IMG/VR virus record: IMGVR_UViG_3300032135_000040
Span: 1 to 30,234 of that record
Strand: one strand, 5' to 3'
From: a virus
Lineage: Duplodnaviria > Caudoviricetes
DNA: 30,234 nucleotides
Shown: piece by piece, positions 16,180 to 25,643 of the stretch
How the letters are laid out: every line of letters begins with the position of its first letter
Numbering within the stretch: the first letter of the stretch is position 1
Made by a program: the position numbers and the translations under genes
The notes under the pieces: generated by a model
Databases searched by the model: none
Seen by the model: the letters and a program-made list of their open reading frames with translations, nothing else
What the model was told of the DNA's origin: nothing

Positions 16180-17070
16180 TTACTCCTTCACGATGTAGAG
16201 GCGTGCTGCTTTTCCGTTGTCGTCAGCGGTGGGGATCTCCGCAATTTTGTCGAGTACGGGTTGCAGGTTTGTTGTTCCGCCGCCGCCGCCACCCGAACCT
16301 GTGCCGACCGCAGCAACAATCGTCTTTGTCGCGTCGGTCACATTCTTGGGTGTCGCATACCTTTCGAGTGGATTAGCGTATACGGGCGACCCGTAAGCCT
16401 CAGCTTGAGCATCACTCTTCTTGACCACCTTCGCAGTGAAGCCGGTCTTCTGCTTGTAGAACACCTCGTACGTGTCAAGCGCTGCTTGATTGGGGATCGC
16501 ATAACGCAAGATGCGATCGACGCACCACCACACGGTGTCGTCATCACTTTGAATTAGGTCGTACTGGGGCATGTCTTCCTCGGTTTCTGTCGGTGTTGCA
16601 GGAATTGTGGTGCCGGGGTTTCCGGCAAGCGAGTAAGAGAACGGGCCGGGGACACGACCGCCACTGCGGGCAGTGTTTTTCCACCCCATGAAGTCGCGCA
16701 ACCAACCCTCGAATGAGGCACGGTTCGCACCCGTTTTTGCGCGTTCAATCCACATGTGAGTGTGGGGGCCAGTGGTTGCAGAACCCGTGCTGCCGACGAC
16801 GGCTATCAGGGTTCCCTCTTTCACCCAGCCAGAAGTGGGGCCACGGTAACCGCTGTGGTGTTGCATGGTGACTTTCCAGTCGTCACTTGTGACAGCAACA
16901 GTCCAACCACCTGTGTCAGACCACCAATGAGTCACCCAACCGCTGATGGGGGCATATACGCCCTCGCCCATGTCGGCGCCATAATCGGTTGCAGGCCCAA
17001 CCCCATATGTTGCGTGTGAGGCGGTGTCGCCGGTTATTCGGCGTGGGCCATCTAGGGGACGGCGGGGCAT
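16180..17070 (-). CDS. Endolysin, N-terminal M23 peptidase
   Basis: H...ATDY...VYAPISG...H...VGSTGSATTGPHTH motifs. Confidence 0.85.
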   Translation of the reverse strand: MPRRPLDGPRRITGDTASHATYGVGPATDYGADMGEGVYAPISGWVTHWWSDTGGWTVAVTSDDWKVTMQHHSGYRGPTSGWVKEGTLIAVVGSTGSATTGPHTHMWIERAKTGANRASFEGWLRDFMGWKNTARSGGRVPGPFSYSLAGNPGTTIPATPTETEEDMPQYDLIQSDDDTVWWCVDRILRYAIPNQAALDTYEVFYKQKTGFTAKVVKKSDAQAEAYGSPVYANPLERYATPKNVTDATKTIVAAVGTGSGGGGGGTTNLQPVLDKIAEIPTADDNGKAARLYIVKE

Positions 17071-18098
17071 TACGCCTTCACCCCATCAGCATTCCACGCG
17101 AAGTAGTAATCGTAGGAAGCGCTTAGGTTTGGCCCGTCAGCACGCCGAATGTTGACCGTGAACCCTGTTGTTGTTGTTGCGGAAATGACTGTGATCTCAG
17201 TGCCACCAACAGCAATAAGCCCGGACGGATCAAACGCACCCGCAAGGCGTCCCCCAATAGACGAACCCGTTACTACAGGGATGGTCGAATATGCGGCAGG
17301 GAACGTAACAGTCTTAGAGATCGTGGCCGCAGCGGCACCCGTAATTTTGTCCACACCCCGCTGAGGGGTAGAAACGATGACACTGCTAACAGTGCCCATC
17401 TTGAGTTGCACGGTTGAACCCGTCTGCTCCCACGCCGCGCCCGTGTAACGGAACCGTGACGAGTCAGCCAACACAACCGCCTGCTGCTCCTTCTGCGCAG
17501 TCGTCCACAAATCCAATGCCGCCTTAGTGCGGAACGGAACAACCCCACCCGTCGTGGCCGTGTACTGGTACAACTGCGTGTAAACCACACCGCCAGACTG
17601 CATGCTGGTGGCTGTCGAAGGAATCAGCACTGCCGCTAGTGGTTCAGCACCAGCACCAATACCCGGTGCAGCATCGAGTGCTGTCTTCGCTGTGGCGTAG
17701 GTGGGCAGAGTAGGTGACACCGAAGGTGCGCCCTTGAGGATTCCAAAAACTGGGAGGCTGTTCGCGTCAGCGTTCGGCGCAACTGCATCATTTTGCTTCA
17801 TATAGATCGTGTCATACCGTGAATTTGCCACCGGCGCAGCATCATGCAAAACGTTTGTGGCTCCGTTGTTGGCGAGCAGGATCACGCCCTGTCCTGAGCG
17901 CGACAACGCAGCCTCGAACGCGGCAACAGAGGAGTTCATTGTCGCCGTCGACGTAACCAACGCATCCGTGTTCCGAAAGAAAATACCGGTACGGGGGTTT
18001 CCGGAACTATCCCGAACCATCAGGCCAGCCAGTGCAAGGCGCACATCATTCGCGTCAGCGAGGCCGCTGGCCGAGGGGAATCCGTCTTGAAGGGCCAT
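17070..18098 (-). CDS. Minor tail protein with C-terminal beta (H-lectin-like) domain
   Basis: APVANSRYDTIY N-terminal motif; C-terminal TVTFPAAYSTIPVV...TTTGFTV...W.A.G. Confidence 0.75.
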   Translation of the reverse strand: MALQDGFPSASGLADANDVRLALAGLMVRDSSGNPRTGIFFRNTDALVTSTATMNSSVAAFEAALSRSGQGVILLANNGATNVLHDAAPVANSRYDTIYMKQNDAVAPNADANSLPVFGILKGAPSVSPTLPTYATAKTALDAAPGIGAGAEPLAAVLIPSTATSMQSGGVVYTQLYQYTATTGGVVPFRTKAALDLWTTAQKEQQAVVLADSSRFRYTGAAWEQTGSTVQLKMGTVSSVIVSTPQRGVDKITGAAAATISKTVTFPAAYSTIPVVTGSSIGGRLAGAFDPSGLIAVGGTEITVISATTTTGFTVNIRRADGPNLSASYDYYFAWNADGVKA

Positions 18099-18107
18099 TA
18101 TGTTCTC

Positions 18108-18959
18108 CTAGTTGTTCGCGGGCGCTGTAAACGCAGTGAGAGTCGGTGCGCCCGTGGCAACACCAATCGAGTTAAATTGGATCGTGCGGGTTACACCAGG
18201 CGGGTTGGTCCACCAGTCGCGGCGGGTGAGGAAACCAGAAACAGGGGACTGGCCATCAATGAACGCCTGCCCGCTGCGCAAATCGACGGACACGGTCGAC
18301 CCGAGGGGGATGGTTCGCTCGAAACGAATCTCTCGACCAAGCTCGACACATACCGCACTGAACCCACCCTCGAGACCACCCGTTACCTCGATTATTGAGT
18401 AGGTTTCGGCCTCGCCGGTGTTTGTGGTAACCACGCGGCCCGAGATGCCTGCCGCGCCGAAGTCGATGGGGAACACGATGGGGAACTCAATACCGCCACC
18501 ACCCGACGGCAGGCCGGTCGATAGAATCTCAACGGGCCCATATGTGCGCGGGTCTTTCATCATCAGCGGGATCGTGAAATCAGCGATCGCGTTCTCATCG
18601 GACACATAGAAGCCGAGCTTGCCGTCGAACTCAACGTAGGCGGTGCGCACTGAACCATCTGTCGAATCGGTGACGGTCACAGGCCAACCGGGGGCTAGCT
18701 GCTTCAACCCCATCAGGGTTGTGCGCAGTGCACGGATTTGCGCGGCACCTCCGGGGTGGATGATGCGCCCGACGATTTCGAAGTACTTCGCATCGTCGTA
18801 CACCGGCGACTGCCCAAACACACCATGCCCAGTGTTGCGGCGCACCTTTTCACGTTTCACATCGGCGCTGTCGTCCCACCCGGGCAGATCGACCAAATAA
18901 GGGTCGGTGCCAGTGTCGGAGTTCATCAAAGCAATCACGGGCAGGGTCACGGTGATCAT
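18108..18959 (-). CDS. Distal tail protein (Dit-like)
   Basis: Directly follows the TMP (TGATG); LPGWDDS...DPRTYG...FPIVFPIDFG...N.G. Confidence 0.8.
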   Translation of the reverse strand: MITVTLPVIALMNSDTGTDPYLVDLPGWDDSADVKREKVRRNTGHGVFGQSPVYDDAKYFEIVGRIIHPGGAAQIRALRTTLMGLKQLAPGWPVTVTDSTDGSVRTAYVEFDGKLGFYVSDENAIADFTIPLMMKDPRTYGPVEILSTGLPSGGGGIEFPIVFPIDFGAAGISGRVVTTNTGEAETYSIIEVTGGLEGGFSAVCVELGREIRFERTIPLGSTVSVDLRSGQAFIDGQSPVSGFLTRRDWWTNPPGVTRTIQFNSIGVATGAPTLTAFTAPANN

Positions 18960-21919
18960 CAGAAGCCTCCGAGCTCGTCTTTGATATACCCGCGAATCCA
19001 TGCTGTGCCACCAACAAGTTCAAGCTTGCCGACGATCTCTCGCGGGCCTGAACGACCACTGCTTGCGGGTTGCGAGCCACTCCGGCCGCCGTCACCGAAC
19101 GACTGGCCACCCTTCGGTGTCAGTGTGTATCCGAACTCGTCGGCGGCCTCAGCAAGAACCTGTGTGGATCGTCCGCGCTTCGCTGGGGCTGCAGGGATGT
19201 ACCACTCGCCGCCAGTTTCCGGTTCCGCCCACACCCTAGTGGTGCCTGCGCGCGCGAACTGGGCGATATGGTTCTCCCGCCCACCGTCTGCGTAGAAGTT
19301 GACCTTCCCACCATCAGCCTGATACATCCATGCGTTGTCTTTGATGCCCTGCTGTGCCTGCGGGGTGAGGAACATAGGAATGTTGATGCGGCGACCTGAG
19401 GCCGTAGTGATGAAGTTGTCAAGCGTCTTCAGTGCCGTTTGCGTGTCGGCGATGATCTTGATTTCCTTCTCGGAGGGCATCTGCACGATCGTGTCGGAAA
19501 GGTACTGAATCTGCTCATCGGTTGCGCCGAGGTCGCGGGCGCGCTGTAGGACTGCGTCACGGCCGGCGCGGAGGTTCGCGACATAGTTCTCGGTGTTGCC
19601 GTCGAGAGCGAATTGGTCTTCGGCAGCCTTCTGGTAGCCGCCCGCAAGATCGTTGAGCATGGCCATGTTGTCGCGACCGACCTGAGTGTTCTGACCCATC
19701 CCCAGGGAGAAGCCATCAACACCCTCGCGGGCTTTCCGGATCTGCTCATCGACTTCGAACAGCGCATTTTGGTAGTCCAGGTTTGAGGAGACCGCATCCT
19801 GCCCGACACCGTTGGCTTCGTTCATCTTCGCAATGAGACTGTCGAGAGTGTCGGTGAGTCCATCGGCTTCATTAGCAGCATCAAGGTACGCGTCAGCAGC
19901 CTCGGTAGATGCTTTTGCCCCGTCACCCTGAGCAAGTTTGAGCAGTGCCGTGTTCGCGGCAGCCTCGTCAGTGGCTGAAATGTTGATGCCTTGCGCGTTG
20001 GCTATGTCGATCAGCGCTTCCCGATATTCGGGCATCGTTTCGAGCAAAGTGACGAGCTGCTTCTCTGAAAGGTTCTGCCCATCGGTGAGCAAACGGAAGG
20101 CTTTCTGTGCACCAGGCAGATCATTCGCCGCAAGATCCGCAAGTTGCACACCAGCGTCTTTGACAGCGTTGCGGAAACCACCAGTTTCGGTAGTGAATCG
20201 CTTCCACACGTCATCGTTGAGTTCTTGCACGCGACCCAACATGTATCCCATGTTTTCTAGGTCGGCTGTGACGTCACGCCACGCAGTGACGTTGCGTCCT
20301 TCACCCAGCACGGCAAACAATTCGGCTTGAGATTGCGCTGTGGTTAGAGCATTCGTAACCTCTGTCGACGAAGCCTTCAGCGAGTCAAGGTACGAGGTGA
20401 GCAGTACTACGCCGACTGCGGCGGCGGCAAGCGCAACACCCCACGGGCCAGCAAGGAAAGAAGCGGTGCCACGGATTGCGGCAGTAGTCTTCGGCATCTG
20501 GGTTGCCAGGAGAGCGGTCGCGACACGGAACTCGGCAATCTTCGGGATTGCCAGTAGGGCCACACCTCCACTGAGGATGATCGCCCCAGCAAACAGCGCA
20601 AGAACACCAATAGCACCCTGTACAGGTTCGGGTAATCCACCAAGGAATGATGCGAACGCGGAAAGACCGTCCGATGCGTCCGAAATTGCGGGGAGGAACA
20701 CCTGCCCGAAACCAATCGCCGCATCCATGACGTTGTTCTTCGTGATCGCAAGCTTCGAAGCGACAGTGTCGTACCGTTTCGCCGCCTCAGAAGTGAGTGC
20801 GTTGTTCGCGTCGAATGCTTCGTTGCCGGTCTCCATCGCCTCAGTGAAGGAGTCAGACGCGGCAGCAGAACGCAGCAGAGCGTCACGCATCCGCACTTCG
20901 GTGATGCCAAGTTCCTCAAGCATCCCCAGGGTGGAACCACCCTGTTCTTCCGCATCAGCAAGGCCCTTCACGAACAGAGCTAGAGCTGCGCCCGGGTCGG
21001 TCTTCCACTTCTTTGCGAACTCGTCAGCGGAAACCCCGGCGATTTCGGCGAACTGGTCGAGACGTTTCCCGCCCTTGTCAACAGACGCAGCGATGTCGAT
21101 CATGACCTTCGAGACGGCGGAACCGCCAGCCTCAGCCTCAATACCCACGGAGGAGAGTGCGGCGGCAAGCCCCAGCGTTTCACCTTCGGTGAGGCCTACC
21201 TGCTTTGACGCACCAGACAGACGGGTCGCCATCGCCACGATCTCGGCCTCGGTGGTGGCGTAGTTGTTGCCAAGTTCCACCACAGACGAACCAAGGTTCG
21301 AAACCTTATCCTGTGAGGTGCCCATAACGTTCATGAACCGCGCAAGGGCTGTGGCGGCTTCGTTGGCTGAAAGGTTTGTTGTTTCGCCAAGGTCGATCAT
21401 GGTCTTCGTGAACGCGACAACGTTCTTTGTTTGCACACCCAGCTGACCTGCAGCCTCTGCTACCGCTGCGATCTCCTGATGGGATGCCGGAAGTACCTTA
21501 GTGAGGTCGCGGAGGCCGTCTTCGACCGCTCCAAGCTCCTCAGGGGTGCCTTCCACAGTTTTTGTGACGCCAGCCCACGCCGACTCCCAGTCGATCGCAA
21601 CCTTCGCCGTGAGGGCGACCATTGCGAGCACGGATGCGCCGATGCCGACGGCAGCGGTACCGATCTGGGTTTGGGCGCGCTTGACGTCCTCGCCGAGTTG
21701 CTTCGCAGCGCGAGAGGCTTCCGCTTGTTCCTTCGCGAGACGTTTCGCCGACTGGGCGGCAGTCTCCTGCTTCTTGCCCAGTTCCTCGGTGGACTTCGCA
21801 GTCTCTTTCGAGGTGGTGCCGACCTTCTTAGCGGTCTGCTCCGCCCCGGCCATGGCCGTTTGGAAGACCTGGTCCCCGGCCACTTGAATGTTGAATACTA
21901 TCGATCCGGCGTCGAACAC
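18959..21919 (-). CDS. Tape measure protein
   Basis: 986 aa, Ala-rich; WESAWAGVTKTV...LGNNYATTEAEI core; TM region; follows the chaperone genes. Confidence 0.95.
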   Translation of the reverse strand: MFDAGSIVFNIQVAGDQVFQTAMAGAEQTAKKVGTTSKETAKSTEELGKKQETAAQSAKRLAKEQAEASRAAKQLGEDVKRAQTQIGTAAVGIGASVLAMVALTAKVAIDWESAWAGVTKTVEGTPEELGAVEDGLRDLTKVLPASHQEIAAVAEAAGQLGVQTKNVVAFTKTMIDLGETTNLSANEAATALARFMNVMGTSQDKVSNLGSSVVELGNNYATTEAEIVAMATRLSGASKQVGLTEGETLGLAAALSSVGIEAEAGGSAVSKVMIDIAASVDKGGKRLDQFAEIAGVSADEFAKKWKTDPGAALALFVKGLADAEEQGGSTLGMLEELGITEVRMRDALLRSAAASDSFTEAMETGNEAFDANNALTSEAAKRYDTVASKLAITKNNVMDAAIGFGQVFLPAISDASDGLSAFASFLGGLPEPVQGAIGVLALFAGAIILSGGVALLAIPKIAEFRVATALLATQMPKTTAAIRGTASFLAGPWGVALAAAAVGVVLLTSYLDSLKASSTEVTNALTTAQSQAELFAVLGEGRNVTAWRDVTADLENMGYMLGRVQELNDDVWKRFTTETGGFRNAVKDAGVQLADLAANDLPGAQKAFRLLTDGQNLSEKQLVTLLETMPEYREALIDIANAQGINISATDEAAANTALLKLAQGDGAKASTEAADAYLDAANEADGLTDTLDSLIAKMNEANGVGQDAVSSNLDYQNALFEVDEQIRKAREGVDGFSLGMGQNTQVGRDNMAMLNDLAGGYQKAAEDQFALDGNTENYVANLRAGRDAVLQRARDLGATDEQIQYLSDTIVQMPSEKEIKIIADTQTALKTLDNFITTASGRRINIPMFLTPQAQQGIKDNAWMYQADGGKVNFYADGGRENHIAQFARAGTTRVWAEPETGGEWYIPAAPAKRGRSTQVLAEAADEFGYTLTPKGGQSFGDGGRSGSQPASSGRSGPREIVGKLELVGGTAWIRGYIKDELGGF

Positions 21920-22298
21920 GAGTCATCACCGCTTTCTTTAGCCATGAGCCCTCGATGTCGAGGAGTCGTTCAGTAGCGGATCGGACGTAATGCCACGTTC
22001 TCGTGTCGAGAGAGCGGTCTATGTCCGTGATGAGGTGATGCTGTGCGAGGTCAAGTTCAACTTCGCCGAAAAGTTGTGGGAACGCCTCAGCCCAAATGTC
22101 CTGAGCTGTGGCCCCGGTTACGGCTTTGTCTGCTTCGGCAGCCTGTCTTGCGGCTGCTTCACGTTCGGCTTTCCACCCGTCGGGGTAGACGTAGTGGGGG
22201 TATCTGCCAGTTGAATCAGGGTTTCCAATGCCGAACTGGGCGATGTCCGCGAGGGTGAGAGCCCCAAACGTGCGACCAGCGCCCAGAGTGCTTTTACC
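21828..22298 (-). CDS. Tail assembly chaperone, -1 frameshift extension
   Basis: The -1 frame is open for 157 codons from GGTAAAA (22292-22298) to TAA 21828, with an in-frame stop a few codons upstream of the site and no start codon near its 5' end. Confidence 0.7.
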   Translation of the reverse strand, partial: GKSTLGAGRTFGALTLADIAQFGIGNPDSTGRYPHYVYPDGWKAEREAAARQAAEADKAVTGATAQDIWAEAFPQLFGEVELDLAQHHLITDIDRSLDTRTWHYVRSATERLLDIEGSWLKKAVMTRVRRRIDSIQHSSGRGPGLPNGHGRGGADR

Positions 22299-22675
22299 CC
22301 TCCGGCAAGGCCTTCACCGCCTTCGATGTAGGCGTTGACACCGGACACACCGAGGATCGTCTGCCAGAACATGGCGGCGAGCGCGACGGATTCCGTTTCG
22401 GGGATCGACAGTTCGAGTCCCATCCGGTTCCCGACACTGCGTTCGTCGAGCGGTCGCGGTACCCACACGTCGCCCTCGAGGGTGGCGCCGTCAACGGCGA
22501 TGGCCAGAGCATCGGTCATCTGCTCACTGGTGGCGGTGCCGGTTGCTCCGCTGAGGTACGTGTCGGTGATCTGCATACCTGCACGCCCAGGGAGGGGCTT
22601 GATGATGAACGGCTGATCGATGCCGATCACGGTGATGTGGAGGTCGCGGCCTTGCTGGGCGGCGGTGATGGTCAT
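22118..22675 (-). CDS. Tail assembly chaperone
   Basis: Between the major tail and TMP genes; RBS AAGGAG before ATG 22675. Confidence 0.8.
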   Translation of the reverse strand: MTITAAQQGRDLHITVIGIDQPFIIKPLPGRAGMQITDTYLSGATGTATSEQMTDALAIAVDGATLEGDVWVPRPLDERSVGNRMGLELSIPETESVALAAMFWQTILGVSGVNAYIEGGEGLAGGVKALWALVARLGLSPSRTSPSSALETLIQLADTPTTSTPTGGKPNVKQPQDRLPKQTKP

Positions 22676-22713
22676 GAGTAGGTGTGCTCCTTGCCGTGAG
22701 GGGAGGGTGGTCA

Positions 22714-22744
22714 CCCGGCGGCGACCGGTCAGGCCACCGCCGGG
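22714..22744 (-). terminator. GC-rich hairpin after the major tail gene
   Basis: CCCGGCGGTGGCC-tgacc-GGTCGCCGCCGGG on the minus strand; no U-tract. Confidence 0.5.
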
Positions 22745-22755
22745 GAGTGAACTTG

Positions 22756-23499
22756 CTAGGTTGCGGCGACGTACGCGAAGGCTGCGGATGCGCCGGTCGC
22801 GTTCGTGTCGATGATCGGTGCCGCGCCAGAAACTGTGGCGGGAACGAGCATCGCGAGGGTGTTGTCGTCGTACACGGTGAACTCCACGACGGCAGCGCCG
22901 TCCATGGTGATACCCGTCGTGCCGGTGAACTTGTAACCGCGGAGGACGATGATCTCGCCCACAGCAGCACCAGACGCCGGGGACACCGACTCGATGATCG
23001 GCTCACCCGTGCCCGCAATCGGCGAGGTGATGTAATCCACGACACCGTTGGAGGTGAACGTGAACTTGTACCCGCCGGACTCTGCGAACCCGGTCTTCAG
23101 TGGTGCGACGGACACGGAGAAGTTTCCCTCGATGGCGGGGATGTTCTCATCCTTACCATCGAACAGTTGCACGTCGACCTTGTTCGCGGCACCCTTCGAC
23201 TTGGCGATGTTGAGCAGGGCGATGAGCCACGTCTGGGCAATCGCACCGGTTGCGTCGCGGACAGCTTCAACGTCGGTCGTGATGACCCAGTTCTCGCCAA
23301 TCTTCTCCATCGACTGAGTGGTCTTGTTGCCGTAGTTCTCTCGCGGCTGGGTGACATCGGTGGGAAGCCCATTGATGTTGTTGCAGTCTCCGGAAATGTT
23401 CTCGAAGACACCGCCACGCTTGACGCGGAGAATCTTCTCGTGGGCGAGCTGCAGGCTGCCCTCAGTCTGTGACGTCGCATCATATATTGCAGTTGACAT
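22756..23499 (-). CDS. Major tail protein with C-terminal IPT/Ig-like domain
   Basis: Position; C-terminal PIIESVSPASGAAVGEIIVLRGYKFTG...VP...F.Y. Confidence 0.85.
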   Translation of the reverse strand: MSTAIYDATSQTEGSLQLAHEKILRVKRGGVFENISGDCNNINGLPTDVTQPRENYGNKTTQSMEKIGENWVITTDVEAVRDATGAIAQTWLIALLNIAKSKGAANKVDVQLFDGKDENIPAIEGNFSVSVAPLKTGFAESGGYKFTFTSNGVVDYITSPIAGTGEPIIESVSPASGAAVGEIIVLRGYKFTGTTGITMDGAAVVEFTVYDDNTLAMLVPATVSGAAPIIDTNATGASAAFAYVAAT

Positions 23500-23578
23500 T
23501 TATTGCTCCTTGTTTTGATGGGGGAATGTCGGGCATGCCGACTGCCCCTCTGTGAGGAGGGGTGGTTTTGTGGTCCGC

Positions 23579-23989
23579 TCAGGCGGAAGGCCGATAACTG
23601 CGGTTGCGCGCAACTCGGTCGTCAACATTGTCTTGAACAGTGCCGAGGAGAAGGTGCTCGGGATTGCAACACGGCGGATTGTCGCACGAGTGGCGAACGA
23701 GCAAACCCTCAGGTATCGGGCCGTAAGCGAGTACATATGCGGCTCGATGAGTGCCTACGGTCTTCCCACCGAAGCGGATACGTCCGTATCCCCACCGATC
23801 TACAGAGTTGATCCACTCGATGCAACCATTGGGTTGAACCGAGAGCCCAGATGCGAGTCGTTCGGAGGCTGAAACAGCGCTTCGATATAACTGCCCGTTT
23901 CCGCCCTTGCGCTTGTAGTGCATCTTGCACATTCCGCGCGAGTGGCTGGCGCGTTCGCAGCCTTCGATAGAACAGATACGCTGGGTCAC
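23579..23989 (-). CDS. HNH homing endonuclease
   Basis: CSIEGC...RGMCKMHY; GCIEW...GYG...HRAAY...HSCDNPPCCNPEHL..GT..DN. Confidence 0.92.
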   Translation of the reverse strand: MTQRICSIEGCERASHSRGMCKMHYKRKGGNGQLYRSAVSASERLASGLSVQPNGCIEWINSVDRWGYGRIRFGGKTVGTHRAAYVLAYGPIPEGLLVRHSCDNPPCCNPEHLLLGTVQDNVDDRVARNRSYRPSA

Positions 23990-24062
23990 ATCAACTCCTT
24001 ACCGAGTTGGTCATGCCCCCGGTCTGTTAGCGCAGATGCGGGGGTCTTCCATAAGTGTACGA

Positions 24063-24509
24063 TCAACCGCCGACAACAGGGCGGCGACCTTTGAGGTAGA
24101 AGGTCTGCGCGGTGGAGTACCGGCCGTTGCTGTCCTTCGTGAAGGTCAGCTGCGAGAACAGTGACACCCACGACACGTTGAACCCGGCAGGGATGCCCTG
24201 CTTGTGATCGAGGGCAGCCGCAAGGTTCCATGCGAGGTTGCGGGACTGCACCTTCGTGCCCTTCAGTCGGGAAAGGATCTGGATGCGGTGCGTGAAGTTC
24301 GCACGGCCTTCACGGATCGGATCGAGGGTGGTGAGCGCAATAACGTTGTCGAGAGTGGTGGGCAGGTCTGGGCCTGAGACGATCGCGGGCCGCTCCACTG
24401 TTGCCTCAGCAGTCGTGTACACAGCGCTGGGCTTGTACAGGCCAAGTGCGAGGTCGTCGAGGTGCTGTGCAAGGCCACGCTCGAACAGGACTAGGTAGGA
24501 ATCAGGCAC
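24063..24509 (-). CDS. Tail terminator-like protein
   Basis: GLAQHL...IQILSR...KDSNGR; position before the major tail gene. Confidence 0.7.
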   Translation of the reverse strand: MPDSYLVLFERGLAQHLDDLALGLYKPSAVYTTAEATVERPAIVSGPDLPTTLDNVIALTTLDPIREGRANFTHRIQILSRLKGTKVQSRNLAWNLAAALDHKQGIPAGFNVSWVSLFSQLTFTKDSNGRYSTAQTFYLKGRRPVVGG

Positions 24510-24870
24510 CGCCCGCTCCCTTCGCGATGATCGCCCGCAACTCGGGGAGGTTCTGCATCATCGGATCTTCCAAATACTTCCCCTTGGCGCCGGGATTGCT
24601 GTCGGTCGAGAAGTTGTACTCGGGGTGCTCGTGGAGCCGTGCAGCCTGGGGGCGGTCATAGACGATCTGTGTCGTGTCGCCGATTTGCTCAGCATTGACG
24701 ACCTGCCCGGATTCGGAAAGGTCACCATTGTCGAACGGAACCTGTTGAGAGGAAAGCGCGAGCCCACGTTCGCCAACCATGTTCTGCCCGCGCACAGCGC
24801 CCATAAGGATCTCTGCGGTGACGGCGTTGAAGTTGAGGGTGACGGTGACTTGTGCGCTGATGTCATTCAT
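24502..24870 (-). CDS. Neck/minor capsid protein
   Basis: VPFDNGDLSESG...YDRPQAARLHE...KGKYLEDP. Confidence 0.75.
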   Translation of the reverse strand: MNDISAQVTVTLNFNAVTAEILMGAVRGQNMVGERGLALSSQQVPFDNGDLSESGQVVNAEQIGDTTQIVYDRPQAARLHEHPEYNFSTDSNPGAKGKYLEDPMMQNLPELRAIIAKGAGGA

Positions 24871-25211
24871 GTTGCCCAAATCTCCACATGGCTTGGGGTT
24901 CTCGGATACGAGAAGAAGGATGAGTCGATTACTTCGGCCTCACGCTCGCGCGTAGTGCCAGCCCACACGGTGACCTTTGATGCGGGCAGCACATCATTCG
25001 CAGTGAGCAGCACAACGAATGTGGAGGCGGTGATCTCCTGCCCTACCGTGGGGGACGATGAGCGGCGGTCGACCACGAGCTTCGACTTCTGCTCCACATA
25101 CGCGGGCACATCCGGTACTGGTTCGGCGTAGGTGACACCCTCAGCACCTTCTCCAGCGAGGCGGGTGACGATAATGCGGTGCGGAAGGTGACGTTTGCGG
25201 AGCCTAGGCAT
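24867..25211 (-). CDS. Head-to-tail stopper
   Basis: Size, position and beta-rich pattern ending HVEIW. Confidence 0.7.
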   Translation of the reverse strand: MPRLRKRHLPHRIIVTRLAGEGAEGVTYAEPVPDVPAYVEQKSKLVVDRRSSSPTVGQEITASTFVVLLTANDVLPASKVTVWAGTTREREAEVIDSSFFSYPRTPSHVEIWAT

Positions 25212-25220
25212 GAGCGCCCC

Positions 25221-25640
25221 CTACGAGTGATAAACGGTCGCGGAGATAAGACCCGCGTTCGTGAGGATGGTGACAGCAGCTTCACCAATCCTGCCAACGA
25301 GCTTGTCGCGGGGAGAATCGGATGCCTGGTTGCTGTTCGTAGTGCCGAGGGACACAGAACCGATCTTCACCGCGCCCGCACTAGCTTCGGCACCACGCGG
25401 GTCATCGGTGTCCTCCCAGAATTCGACGATCGCGCACGTCGCTTCCGTGAACGCATCGGCGATCGTGGCGTCCGTGGGGTAGTTGTCCTCGTCGACGTCG
25501 TACCGGGCAAGGCGGGTGAGAGCTTCTACCTCTGACGATGCGGAGCGGAGCCGCTTGCCGAGCTTCGTTTCGTCGCCCTCGAACGGTTCCTCAGCGAAAG
25601 CTCCGTACTCGGCTGCTGTGGCGTACACACGCTGGGCCAT
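25221..25640 (-). CDS. Head-to-tail adaptor
   Basis: YATAAEY...LRSAS...ATCAIVEFW...KIGSVS...L.NAGL. Confidence 0.8.
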   Translation of the reverse strand: MAQRVYATAAEYGAFAEEPFEGDETKLGKRLRSASSEVEALTRLARYDVDEDNYPTDATIADAFTEATCAIVEFWEDTDDPRGAEASAGAVKIGSVSLGTTNSNQASDSPRDKLVGRIGEAAVTILTNAGLISATVYHS

Positions 25641-25643
25641 GGT

